Below the pieces are notes generated by a model. It did not search any database. It was not told the DNA's origin and saw nothing but the letters and a program-made list of their open reading frames with translations. 58,510 nt of DNA from an uncultured Methanosarcinales archaeon (lineage in GTDB: Archaea; Nanobdellota; Nanobdellia; Woesearchaeales; CAYMBN01). Position 1 is the stretch's first letter. Every line of letters starts with the position of its first letter. The stretch is from NCBI GenBank assembly GCA_964388715.1, contig CAYMBN010000008.1:1-58510 (forward strand), given 5' to 3'. Positions 1-9,586 of the stretch are shown in pieces. A program made the position numbers and the translations under genes.

Positions 1-3000
1 ATTTCATCAATCTCATCACTCACAGTAGTAAACTTATCAACAGCATCATCAACAGTTACTTGTTCTTCTCCAAAAAGATTTTTAAGATCAATAAGAGCAA
101 GATCTAAATCACTTTGATCAGCAGCAACATCTCGAACATCTATCTGATTTAGGTTGATTTCATCTAAACTTTCATCCTTAATAGTATAAGTCTCATCCTC
201 ATTAAAATTTATATGATGTATATTCACATTTCCAAATCTTTCATCAAACTTTCCAAGCCCGTTAAGAAATTCTCCATTTAGCGCATGAATTGAATTTAAA
301 TTTTCATTTCCATCAAAATAGATTTTTTCTACATTCCCAACATCTTGAAGTCTTTCATCAAAATTTTCAATTCCTCTAAGCTCTCCTCCATCTGGAGCTG
401 AAATATAATATAAATTTCCACCTAAATCAAGTGATACTATATATATATTCTCAACACCATTAAGTATTGGTTTAAATTCACTAACTCCTTCAAGTATTTC
501 TCCCATAGGAGCTGCAATAATGTCTAAACTACCCTCTCTATAAATAAATACTATCCTTATATTCCCAACATCCTTAACTTCAGGAAATATATTTTCAACT
601 CCTATAAGCTCTTCTCCATCTGGAGCTTGAATCGCGTATATTGTTTTAGTATTATCATGAAGATACACATCATCAATATTCCCAACACCAGCCCCTTCAA
701 GAGCTGCTTTAGCTTCAGCTCTAGCTTCTTCATCAGTACCAATATATTCTGCAGCAATAACAGGATGAATAGCAGGTTTTCCTGCAGTAGGAATTAGATC
801 AATATCCAAATCACCAACAATTTCAGCAGGCACTTCTGGTTTCACAGCCTCAGGCACAGCTTCAACAGTTGCTGGTTTAGGTGCAACACCTGCTCTTGTA
901 GTAAAACCCCAACTAAAAATATCTCCTGTTGTGTATCTACCATCTGTAACCACAAGCTGCTCCACAACAACAACATATGAACTTTTAGTTTCTAACGGAA
1001 ACAATGGCTCAAAAGTTATCACATTATGTTTAGCATCGCGCACAATCCTACCAGGAACAGGTGGTCCATCTAATTGTTCAACATTTATATTAAATTTATC
1101 CAAAGATGTACCTGATGGTGTATCAAGTACAACTGAAATCCTAGAAGTAATTGCTATATCCCTTGCACCAGGAGAAGGCAATGCTAAAAGCACTTGTGGA
1201 GGTTTAACTTCTTTTTCTTCTGGAATTAATCCCCTTTCTTTATTTATTTTCTCTTGCCTTGATCTAAATATCTCATTAATTCTTCTTCTGAGATCACTTG
1301 TATCTTCATCAACAGGTTCTTCTTCTTCTACTTTACGAACAGGTTCTGGTAAAGATGCAACACCTGATTTTGTAGTAAAACCCCAACCATAAATTTCTCT
1401 TTTTGAATACGTACCAGATGCAGTCCTAACAATCTGCTCTAAAACAACAGTATATATACTTCCAGCTTCAAATGCAGACAATGGGGCAAAACTTATCACA
1501 TTATGTATTTGATCACGGGTAATTCTACCAGGAACAAGATCGCCATCTAATCTAACTTGAATATGTAATTTTTCAAGAGGCACGCCTGATCCTGAATCAA
1601 TTGTAGCACTAATACTAGACCTAAGAGCTATCTCATATGCACCAGGAGAAGGTAATGTTATTAATATATGACTTTGTTCTAGTAGTTTTTCTTCAACCTC
1701 TTCTCTTTCATCTACTTCTCTTCTTAATCTAATCATCTCAGCAAGCTCTTGAAGTCGATCCATCTCAGAACTTTCTTCTTCAACAGTAACAGCACCAGCA
1801 GACTTTTTCTCATTTATTCGCTTAATTGCATCTGTTGCAAGACTACCTTCATCATCATTATCATCAAAGTAATTAGCTAACTCATAATATTTAATAGCAT
1901 TACTATCTTGACCTTTTTTTTCATAAACCTCTCCAAGCATAAAATAAATATTCCATGATTCACTCTCATCAAACATACCTTCACACTCTTTTAAAAGTTC
2001 AAGAGCAAGATCATAATTTTCTTCTTTAATAAGAATTTCAGCATACTTTTCATGAGCAAGTATATGTGTTGGGTCTGCTTGCATTACCTTAAGAAGTGCA
2101 CTTTTTCCTCCTTTACGATTCCCCTCAGCATATCTAATTTTACCTGTTTGAAATAATCTTTCTATCTCTTCTGCAGAAAGTGTTTCTTCTTCTTCTTCTT
2201 CTTCAGCAGGTTCTTCTGTCTTTGCAGTAGGAGCTTCTAAAGGAGTATCAAATTCAATACTCTTCACTGTTTTTTTACTTTCATCAGTTACAGGCCACAC
2301 TTCAATATTAAATGTTGCTTTCTTCCCATAATGACCTTCAAAAGATATTGGAGTGATTACTGCCATTGATGATTGTGAACAAGTTTGAAAATTATTAGAT
2401 TTAACTTCTGTATCTCCAACACTAATCTTCCAAGAATATTTGACAATATTTCTCAGTTCACTAAATACATCAAAATTATTAACTATAAATTTAATTTTAT
2501 AATGGGGTGTACCAGTAAATGACCAACTGTTGCCAAATTCAGGTGCAAAGATAGATATATCTGGTAAAGGCATTTCTCCCTCAACCATAGCCCTATCAGC
2601 ATCCATTCCATCAACAACTTTTTGTACAACACCCAATTCTTTTCTTATCGCATCAAGATCTCCATTATGTTCTTCGTATAAATTTCGGGCATTATATGCA
2701 CCTCCAATATTGGGTATTGCCATTAAGTCTGTTGCTTCATCAAAATTACCATTTGTAGCTTCGTACAACATTCCAGCATACCAACTATTTACAACACCAG
2801 GAATTTCCATCCATTTTTTTGTTTTACCAAGCCTTCTTCCTGTAAGAATATATAAACTTGCAAGATAATATGTTTTTTCAGTATCTGGTATTTTCAATAT
2901 ATACTTTGCTGTTTTAGTATCTCCATTTGTAGCTTCATATAATTTTGAAGCATCTAATCCATTTCCAATACCATCTATCTTCATCCATTTTGTTGCTTCA

Positions 3001-3254
3001 TCAAACTCTCCTTTTGTAGCTGCGTATAATTTGTAAGCCCAAAATCCACTTCCAATATCAGGTATTGCCATCCATTCTCTCGCAATATCAATCCTCCCTT
3101 CTGTAACACCATATAAGTATCTATAATTACTTCCAATATCAGGTATTGCCAACCATTCATTTTTTGTTTCCTCATCCAAATCATCCCAATCTGTAAACGC
3201 TAAAACATTCCCTACCAAAACCAATACAAGTATCCAAATCATTATCTTTTTCAT
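1..3254 (-). CDS. Large secreted multidomain protein (>1080 aa, runs off window start): signal peptide, six ~29-aa HhH-like repeats, TPR region, two Ig-like (Big_5/SbsA-like) domains, ~38-aa repeats
   Basis: Manual translation from ATG at 3254 (overlaps TGA of upstream gene): MKKIMIWILVLVLVGNVLAFTDW..., open to position 1. Not in the ORF track because no stop codon is in the window. TPR-like YFMLGEVYEKKGQDSNAIKYYE; Ig domains begin LPSPGA and end WGFTT. Confidence 0.85.
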   Translation of the reverse strand, partial: MKKIMIWILVLVLVGNVLAFTDWDDLDEETKNEWLAIPDIGSNYRYLYGVTEGRIDIAREWMAIPDIGSGFWAYKLYAATKGEFDEATKWMKIDGIGNGLDASKLYEATNGDTKTAKYILKIPDTEKTYYLASLYILTGRRLGKTKKWMEIPGVVNSWYAGMLYEATNGNFDEATDLMAIPNIGGAYNARNLYEEHNGDLDAIRKELGVVQKVVDGMDADRAMVEGEMPLPDISIFAPEFGNSWSFTGTPHYKIKFIVNNFDVFSELRNIVKYSWKISVGDTEVKSNNFQTCSQSSMAVITPISFEGHYGKKATFNIEVWPVTDESKKTVKSIEFDTPLEAPTAKTEEPAEEEEEEETLSAEEIERLFQTGKIRYAEGNRKGGKSALLKVMQADPTHILAHEKYAEILIKEENYDLALELLKECEGMFDESESWNIYFMLGEVYEKKGQDSNAIKYYELANYFDDNDDEGSLATDAIKRINEKKSAGAVTVEEESSEMDRLQELAEMIRLRREVDEREEVEEKLLEQSHILITLPSPGAYEIALRSSISATIDSGSGVPLEKLHIQVRLDGDLVPGRITRDQIHNVISFAPLSAFEAGSIYTVVLEQIVRTASGTYSKREIYGWGFTTKSGVASLPEPVRKVEEEEPVDEDTSDLRRRINEIFRSRQEKINKERGLIPEEKEVKPPQVLLALPSPGARDIAITSRISVVLDTPSGTSLDKFNINVEQLDGPPVPGRIVRDAKHNVITFEPLFPLETKSSYVVVVEQLVVTDGRYTTGDIFSWGFTTRAGVAPKPATVEAVPEAVKPEVPAEIVGDLDIDLIPTAGKPAIHPVIAAEYIGTDEEARAEAKAALEGAGVGNIDDVYLHDNTKTIYAIQAPDGEELIGVENIFPEVKDVGNIRIVFIYREGSLDIIAAPMGEILEGVSEFKPILNGVENIYIVSLDLGGNLYYISAPDGGELRGIENFDERLQDVGNVEKIYFDGNENLNSIHALNGEFLNGLGKFDERFGNVNIHHINFNEDETYTIKDESLDEINLNQIDVRDVAADQSDLDLALIDLKNLFGEEQVTVDDAVDKFTTVSDEIDE

Positions 3255-4093
3255 TCTATGATAAAGTATCCTTCCTCAACAACTTCTTTTGAAGCAATCC
3301 TATCAATTAACTTTACCTTTACACCATAAACACCAGGTTCTAATCCTTCTGCTAAAAAATAATTCCTTGCTTTAAAATAAGCAAGCAATTCCTTGCTTAC
3401 ACCTTGATATTCATTCTCCATAACACCAGAAACATTCTCTCCAACAACCTCAACCTCTTGCCTAAAATCATACTTGTAACCATGAATAGTTTTTGCTTGC
3501 TTAAACCCGCTCAACTCAGAATAAATATACACCATATCTTCAGATGTAAAACTCTCAACAGGAATTATACTAAAATCTTCTTCATCAACATAAAATGCAG
3601 ACTGAATACCCGCAACATTCAACTCTTCTTCAACAACCAAAACCTTTTCAATAACATCTTCATGTTTAAGATATTCATCTTTAACAGTAAACTTCATATA
3701 ATACTTACCAGAATCAATCAAATAAGGAATCTTAACAACAGCTTTTGCAGCAGAATAACCAAAATCATAATAATAATCATCTTCATTAATTAATTCACCA
3801 CTCAACTCTTCAACTTCTAACCCATTCAATGTTGTCTCAACATTAATACTATATCTAACCCTACCATTTTCATCACCAAGATTCAACATTTCAAACATAA
3901 CATGCAGATCATCACCAGGCTTAAACTCATCTTTCAAAACAAATTTATAATCATCACTTACAAACTCACACAATTCAACAGTTGCAAGATTTAATTTGTA
4001 AGCACCAACATCCTTGATAAAAAAGTAATAAATACTAAAGAGCAACAAAATACACAAAACAACTACCATCAAACCTCTTTTCTTATCATACAT
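3251..4093 (-). CDS. Membrane-anchored protein with two beta-sandwich (Ig-like) domains
   Basis: 280-aa ORF; N-terminal TM helix; two similar halves (FKPGDDLHVMFE / FTSEDMVYIYSE; GKYYMKFTVKD / GVYGVKVKLID). Confidence 0.7.
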   Translation of the reverse strand: MYDKKRGLMVVVLCILLLFSIYYFFIKDVGAYKLNLATVELCEFVSDDYKFVLKDEFKPGDDLHVMFEMLNLGDENGRVRYSINVETTLNGLEVEELSGELINEDDYYYDFGYSAAKAVVKIPYLIDSGKYYMKFTVKDEYLKHEDVIEKVLVVEEELNVAGIQSAFYVDEEDFSIIPVESFTSEDMVYIYSELSGFKQAKTIHGYKYDFRQEVEVVGENVSGVMENEYQGVSKELLAYFKARNYFLAEGLEPGVYGVKVKLIDRIASKEVVEEGYFIIE

Positions 4094-4360
4094 CTATTTA
4101 TCACCTTTTAACTTATAGATTACACTTTTCAAATCTTCATAAAAAACACAATCTTTATTACCAACAAACAATCTAAGATTACCTATTCGAGCTTCTTTAA
4201 CAACATTAATCTTAAGCAAATTCTCAAGCTCTTTTTTCACATAAGTTGGAGTAATACCAATAATCTTAGCAATACCTCTAATATGATATTGTTGATTATT
4301 AAAAAGAAGCAATTTAAGGATCTCAGCCCTTGTCTTAGATGTAAACAGTCTTTCTAGCAT
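4094..4360 (-). CDS. Winged helix-turn-helix transcriptional regulator
   Basis: MLERLFTSKTRAEILKLL...HIRGIAKIIGITPTYVKKELENL: ArsR-like wHTH of the kind often fused to MNT antitoxins, here standalone. Start placed at ATG 4360. Confidence 0.75.
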   Translation of the reverse strand: MLERLFTSKTRAEILKLLLFNNQQYHIRGIAKIIGITPTYVKKELENLLKINVVKEARIGNLRLFVGNKDCVFYEDLKSVIYKLKGDK

Positions 4361-4477
4361 TGTATACAATTAATACATAAAACCTTACTAATCAGTATAC
4401 AATACTCATATATAAAGCTTACTATTCCACACATAATACACACAGAAGACTACAAAACAAGAACAATTGTATACTTT

Positions 4478-5092
4478 TTATATCAATCCTAGCTCCCCAA
4501 CTCTACAAGCTTTACAAGTAGCATCAAGGTTAATCCAACTACCTTTTTTATAATCATTAATCCTTGCTTCTACCCAAACATGATTTGTAGTAAAAACAAA
4601 CTTGTTTTGCACACCAATTGCACTCAAGAGTGAAGCCAACAAAACAGCATGATCATCACAATCTCCACTTCTACTAAACAAAGAATCTCTTGCACTTTGC
4701 ACATACTCAACACCAACAGGATCATTAACATATTTGTAATTATCTCTTACAAAATAAAACATTGCCTTCATCCCACAAATCTTAGAGTCACAACTTAATG
4801 AAAAGATTTTGTTTGCAACTTGTTTAATTACAACATCATCACCATCAACATACTTATAAAAATCACCTTGATTCATAACAGAATGTGTTTCATTACTAAT
4901 CTCCCACTTAAAATCAACAACTTCATCAAAACCAACTCTTACTTTAGGTTCAGGATCAAGCTTAATCCCATACTTAGGCACAACCATCATTATAATTAAC
5001 AATAATAAGAATACTCCACCAATAACCCTCAGTGGTTTGTGCCATGTCTTACCTTCTAATTCCTCAAACATTTCCTCTTTTTCTTCATCCAT
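4478..5092 (-). CDS. Membrane-anchored transglutaminase-like (Cys protease fold) protein
   Basis: GDCDDHAVLLASLL, HVWVE and WINLDAT motifs (Cys-His-Asp triad); TM helix. Start moved to MDEEKEE. Confidence 0.85.
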   Translation of the reverse strand: MDEEKEEMFEELEGKTWHKPLRVIGGVFLLLLIIMMVVPKYGIKLDPEPKVRVGFDEVVDFKWEISNETHSVMNQGDFYKYVDGDDVVIKQVANKIFSLSCDSKICGMKAMFYFVRDNYKYVNDPVGVEYVQSARDSLFSRSGDCDDHAVLLASLLSAIGVQNKFVFTTNHVWVEARINDYKKGSWINLDATCKACRVGELGLI

Positions 5093-5167
5093 AATAGTGT
5101 TAATTGTTTGGTTATTTATATAATTATTCAAAAAATATATAAACAAACTTCTTATCTTCACCATAAA

Positions 5168-5827
5168 ATGTTAGAAATACCAAAACATATTGCTGTTATT
5201 GTTGATGGTAACAGACGTTTTGCAAAAAAACACGGATTAAAACCATGGCAAGGACATGAAAAAGGAGCAGAAAAACTCAAACAAATGATTGAATGGGCAC
5301 AAGAACTTAACATCAAACAATTATCATTCTACACATTCTCAACAGAAAACTTCAAAAGAGACAAATTAGAGAAAGAATTCCTGTTCAAACTCTTTATAAA
5401 ATACTTCAACAAAATCAAAGATGATCCAAAACTAAAAGACACAAAAATCAATTTCTGCGGAAGACTTCACATGTTCCCAGACAATCTTCAACAATCAATG
5501 AAAGAATTAGCAGAAAAAACAAAAGACAACACTAAAATCACAATAAACTTTTGCATGGCATATGGTGGAAGAGCAGAAATAGTTGACGCATGCAAAAAAT
5601 GTCAAGAAATCACAGAAGAATCTATAACAAACAACCTCTACATCAAAGACGATGTTGACTTAATGATCAGAACAAGTGGAGAACTAAGATTAAGCAACTT
5701 CTTACTTTGGCAAAACGCTTATGCAGAATTCATTTTCCTAAAAAAATGTTTCCCAGAAATAGAAAAAGAGGATTTCTTAGACACAATCAAAACCTACCAA
5801 AACAGAGACAGAAGATTTGGAAATTAA
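5168..5827 (+). CDS. uppS: cis-prenyltransferase (undecaprenyl/polyprenyl diphosphate synthase)
   Basis: PKHIAVIVDGNRR, FSTENFKR, YGGRAEI, DLMIRTSGELRLSNFLLWQ, RRFG motifs. Confidence 0.96.
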   Translation: MLEIPKHIAVIVDGNRRFAKKHGLKPWQGHEKGAEKLKQMIEWAQELNIKQLSFYTFSTENFKRDKLEKEFLFKLFIKYFNKIKDDPKLKDTKINFCGRLHMFPDNLQQSMKELAEKTKDNTKITINFCMAYGGRAEIVDACKKCQEITEESITNNLYIKDDVDLMIRTSGELRLSNFLLWQNAYAEFIFLKKCFPEIEKEDFLDTIKTYQNRDRRFGN

Positions 5828-7707
5828 ACCTTCCGAGCAATCAAATAATCTGCAAATTCTATAAAAAACTGTTCACCATTCTTAGACAATTTAGCTTTCT
5901 TCAAAAACTTCTTTGACTCACTAACATACTTCTCAGCAATCTTCTGCACATAACTCACTGCACCTGTTGTATGCAAAACCTCAATAGTTAAGTCAAGATC
6001 TTTTCTAGAAACTTTTCTATTCCCTAAACACTTTAAAACATGTTTTTTCTGTTTAGCATTCCCAAGCTCCAAAGCTTTTATCACCAATAAAGTCTTTTTT
6101 CCATCCTTAATATCAGACCCAAGCTCATGCCCTTTACTTAAGTGCGGACTAATATCCATAATATCATCATACAACTGAAACGCAACAGCAACCAACTCAG
6201 CAAACTTACCAAGATACTCTAACTGTTTTTTCTTAGCATTCCCAAGCACAGCACCAATCAAAACACTTTCCTTAAACAAATTCCCAGTCTTCTTTTTAAT
6301 CATCTCAAAATATTCTCTTTCTCCAACCTTTTCCTTGATCTCAAAAAAAGTATCCATTGCTTGCCCATCATTAACAATCTTGTACGCTCTCTGATACAAT
6401 GAAAGTGCTCTATCCCCAGAACCGATCAAACATTTTGTACCTAGACTTTTCAAAATATTACCACAAACAACAGCAATTGTAACAGCAAACCGTGAAGATT
6501 TATCAGAAAACAAAGGCCCTTTGTAATGTTGCTCATGATAATTTTCAATAAAATACTCTTTTACCAACCGATGTATTGTTTTCTTATTTCTACGATAATC
6601 ATCTTCATCCATGATATCATCATGCACTAATGTAGACGAATGTAATAGTTCAACACTTAATGAAACAGGAATAATATTTTTTGACCGTTTTCCAGTCACA
6701 GAATTATAAGCCATTATCAGTGCAATCGGCCTTAACCTTTTTCCACCAGCCAAAACATTATCTATAATCAATTTATATTGATATCTAAGAAATTCATTAT
6801 CCAACTTCTCCAACTCTTTACTTAAAAACCTTTTCAACTCCCTATTAATCAAAGGTTGATAATATTCAATTGCTTGCTCAAACACAGAAGAATGTTTTTT
6901 CAAAGCTCTAACAACTTCCTCAATAATCCAATCAGGTGTTGAAGCTCCTGCAACAATCCCAACATGTTTTTTCTTTTTAATCCATTCCTTTCTAAGATCA
7001 CTCACAGTTTCAATATGTTTAGTATCAACATACCGTGAACAAAGTTGAGCAAGACGTTTTGTATTTGCACTATGATACCCACCAATAATAATCATAAGAT
7101 CAACTTCCTTAGCAAGTTTCTCAGCAGAACTCTGCCGTTCCCTTGTCGCAGCACAAATAGTATTATGAGGTTCAAAAGTTTCACAATGTTGACTTAATTC
7201 ATTAACAATAACATCAAACTTTTTCTGCACCTGAGTTGTTTGTGATACAACACCCAACTTTTCAAAAACACCTAACTTCTTAACATCCTCAACAGAATCA
7301 ACAACAATAGGATTTTCCAAATTCCCAGCAATACCTTTTACCTCAACATGCTTAGGATCACCAATTATAACAACCTGATACCCACGCTTCTCAAGATTCT
7401 TTGAAATATTATGCACTTTCTTAACAAAAGGACATGTTGCATCAGTAACCTTCTTAGATAATTTAGAAATCCTTTTATAAACATTATCAGCAATACCATG
7501 TGCAGTTATAATTATATTTTCATGTACAGGAACATCATCCAACTTTCTGATTATCTTAATCCCTCTCTGCTTTAACCGTTCAAGAACCTGTTTATTATGA
7601 ATCAACTGCCCAAAAACAGCAGCCTTACACTTAAGCCCATCAACAATATTAAGAGCTCTCTTTACCCCATAACAAAATCCAGTATTCTTTGCAATTGTAA
7701 TCTTCAT
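5824..7707 (-). CDS. ispH: Fusion: HMBPP reductase (IspH/LytB) + trans-polyprenyl diphosphate synthase
   Basis: N-terminal GFCYGVKRA, DATCPFV, TICAAT (three Fe-S Cys), SANT, GASTP; C-terminal GGKRLRP, HDDIMDEDDYRR, GQAMD, FQLYDDIMD, GKKTL. Confidence 0.93.
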   Translation of the reverse strand: MKITIAKNTGFCYGVKRALNIVDGLKCKAAVFGQLIHNKQVLERLKQRGIKIIRKLDDVPVHENIIITAHGIADNVYKRISKLSKKVTDATCPFVKKVHNISKNLEKRGYQVVIIGDPKHVEVKGIAGNLENPIVVDSVEDVKKLGVFEKLGVVSQTTQVQKKFDVIVNELSQHCETFEPHNTICAATRERQSSAEKLAKEVDLMIIIGGYHSANTKRLAQLCSRYVDTKHIETVSDLRKEWIKKKKHVGIVAGASTPDWIIEEVVRALKKHSSVFEQAIEYYQPLINRELKRFLSKELEKLDNEFLRYQYKLIIDNVLAGGKRLRPIALIMAYNSVTGKRSKNIIPVSLSVELLHSSTLVHDDIMDEDDYRRNKKTIHRLVKEYFIENYHEQHYKGPLFSDKSSRFAVTIAVVCGNILKSLGTKCLIGSGDRALSLYQRAYKIVNDGQAMDTFFEIKEKVGEREYFEMIKKKTGNLFKESVLIGAVLGNAKKKQLEYLGKFAELVAVAFQLYDDIMDISPHLSKGHELGSDIKDGKKTLLVIKALELGNAKQKKHVLKCLGNRKVSRKDLDLTIEVLHTTGAVSYVQKIAEKYVSESKKFLKKAKLSKNGEQFFIEFADYLIARKV

Positions 7708-8555
7708 TCTTTCAACTCTGTCTTAAAAACAAACTTAAACTCATCCTTAAACTCTTCATAAGCATTATCTAACTCCTCTTTGTTTTTAAAAACAGCAAAT
7801 AAAGTTGACCCAGAACCAGTCATAAGAACATTAAGTGAACCTATTCCTAACAAATTTTCTTTAATCTCTCTCAAACGTGGATATTTCTCAAAAACAAAAT
7901 CCTCAAAATCATTATGCATACTCTCTACAACACTTTTCAAATCATTCTGTTTAATTGCATCAATCATTTTCTGTGTTTCCTCAATCCTTTTCCCAGTCAT
8001 CCTTAAATTAAGAAGAGAATAAGCTTCTTTTGTTGAAACACCAAATTCAGGAGTAACAATCAAAACATAACCACTATCTAGTCCAGGCTTAACTTCATAA
8101 ACCAATTCTTTTGATTCAGTATCAAACACACTCCCATTAAAAAAGAAAAATCCAACATCCATCCCAATCTCTTTACTCAATCTAACCAACTCTTCCCTAG
8201 ACAAATTCAACCCCCACAACTCATTCAAAATCATAAACATTGTTGCTGCATTACTTGATCCACCTGCAAGTCCAGCTTTAATAGGAATATTTTTTTCAAT
8301 CTCAATCCTAACATTCTTTTCAATATTAAACCTTTCCTTCACCAACATAACAACTTTCATAACCAAGTTTGACTCATCCAAAGGCATTTCTTTATTACTA
8401 CAAATCAATTCAGTCTCTTCACTCTCACTAACCTTAATCACATCATAAAGATTAATCCGTTGCTTAATTATATTAAGAAGATGATAATCATTAGGAAGTT
8501 TCCTAATTATATCAAGTGCCAACGTAATCCGTGCATATGATTTTTTTGTGATCAT
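7704..8555 (-). CDS. ispE: 4-diphosphocytidyl-2-C-methyl-D-erythritol kinase
   Basis: GHMP kinase motifs KNIPIKAGLAGGSSNAA, NDFE, MTGSGST; MEP operon context. Confidence 0.92.
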   Translation of the reverse strand: MITKKSYARITLALDIIRKLPNDYHLLNIIKQRINLYDVIKVSESEETELICSNKEMPLDESNLVMKVVMLVKERFNIEKNVRIEIEKNIPIKAGLAGGSSNAATMFMILNELWGLNLSREELVRLSKEIGMDVGFFFFNGSVFDTESKELVYEVKPGLDSGYVLIVTPEFGVSTKEAYSLLNLRMTGKRIEETQKMIDAIKQNDLKSVVESMHNDFEDFVFEKYPRLREIKENLLGIGSLNVLMTGSGSTLFAVFKNKEELDNAYEEFKDEFKFVFKTELKE

Positions 8556-9064
8556 TTTTTTAATTCTTCAATTTCTTTAATTAATTTTTTTAATCTGGGC
8601 AATGCTTTTTCTATTGCTTTAATCTTTTCTGGATGATCTTTCCTTTTTTCTTCAATACCACTTATTCTTTCTTCAAAGGATGCAATTGTTCCATTAGGTA
8701 AAACCATCATGTCTGAATAGGAAATTATTTTTTGCTCAATTGTTTTTGGAACCATGCTTGGTTCATTGGAAAGTTCTGCACTATTAAAATGGCCAATGAT
8801 CATTTTTCCAATTTCCTCTTCACCTATACTTTTTAGAAATTTATAACCCACTATAGAATGTGGTTCACCTATTTCCCTGCCAATATCATGGAGTAATCCA
8901 GCAATTTTTATTTTTTCAGGATCTAATTTTAATTCGGGATGTTTTTTGTTGATTTGTAAAGCTGTTTCATAAGCTACTTTAGAAACACTAATAGAATGTT
9001 TAATTCTATTTTTATTCTTTAACTTACTTTTCAATAATTCCTCTGCTTGTTTGTAGGTTAACAT
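8552..9064 (-). CDS. HD-domain (HDIG) phosphohydrolase
   Basis: H...IAGLLHDIGR...H...H...IISYSD motifs. Confidence 0.88.
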   Translation of the reverse strand: MLTYKQAEELLKSKLKNKNRIKHSISVSKVAYETALQINKKHPELKLDPEKIKIAGLLHDIGREIGEPHSIVGYKFLKSIGEEEIGKMIIGHFNSAELSNEPSMVPKTIEQKIISYSDMMVLPNGTIASFEERISGIEEKRKDHPEKIKAIEKALPRLKKLIKEIEELKK

Positions 9065-9540
9065 TTTATCAAACTCACAATACTAAACACCTGTATTCCT
9101 TTTCCTTGCCCAAAAACAGTTAATCCTTCGCCTGTTGTTGCTGTTATACCAATCTGATCAACCTTAATATTCAAAAGACCAGCCAAATTCTTTTTCATAT
9201 CATCAACATACGGTTCAATCTTAGGAGTTTTACATTCAATTGCAATCGAAAGATTACCTACTCTAAACCCTTTCTCTGAAAGCATTTTATTCAAAGTTTC
9301 AAAAAACCTTTTTGAATCCTGACCAACCTTATCCAGATCAGTATCAGGGTGATAATGTCCAAGACTTTTATTACCAAGTGCAGAACTAACTGCATTAAAT
9401 ATAGAATGAATAATCAAATCCCCATCACTATGAGACATAATTCCAACATGATCCTTAATAATCTTCCCTCCTAAAACTAATGGCTTACCTTCACTCTCCT
9501 CAAACATATGCGAATCATGACCAATACCTATTTTATACAT
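9058..9540 (-). CDS. ispF: 2-C-methyl-D-erythritol 2,4-cyclodiphosphate synthase
   Basis: IGIGHDSH, HSDGDLIIHS, ITATTGEGL motifs; start at ATG 9540 after a GGGGG Shine-Dalgarno-like site. Confidence 0.95.
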   Translation of the reverse strand: MYKIGIGHDSHMFEESEGKPLVLGGKIIKDHVGIMSHSDGDLIIHSIFNAVSSALGNKSLGHYHPDTDLDKVGQDSKRFFETLNKMLSEKGFRVGNLSIAIECKTPKIEPYVDDMKKNLAGLLNIKVDQIGITATTGEGLTVFGQGKGIQVFSIVSLIKC

Positions 9541-9586
9541 ATTATTTACCCCCAAATAAGTGATTTCTTTTGTCCATATATAAATT

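Noticed and set aside
931..3184. ORF-track entries 931-1392(+), 2530-2868(+) and 2981-3184(-)
   Set aside because: Antisense or out-of-frame shadows of the large 1-3254 minus-strand gene.
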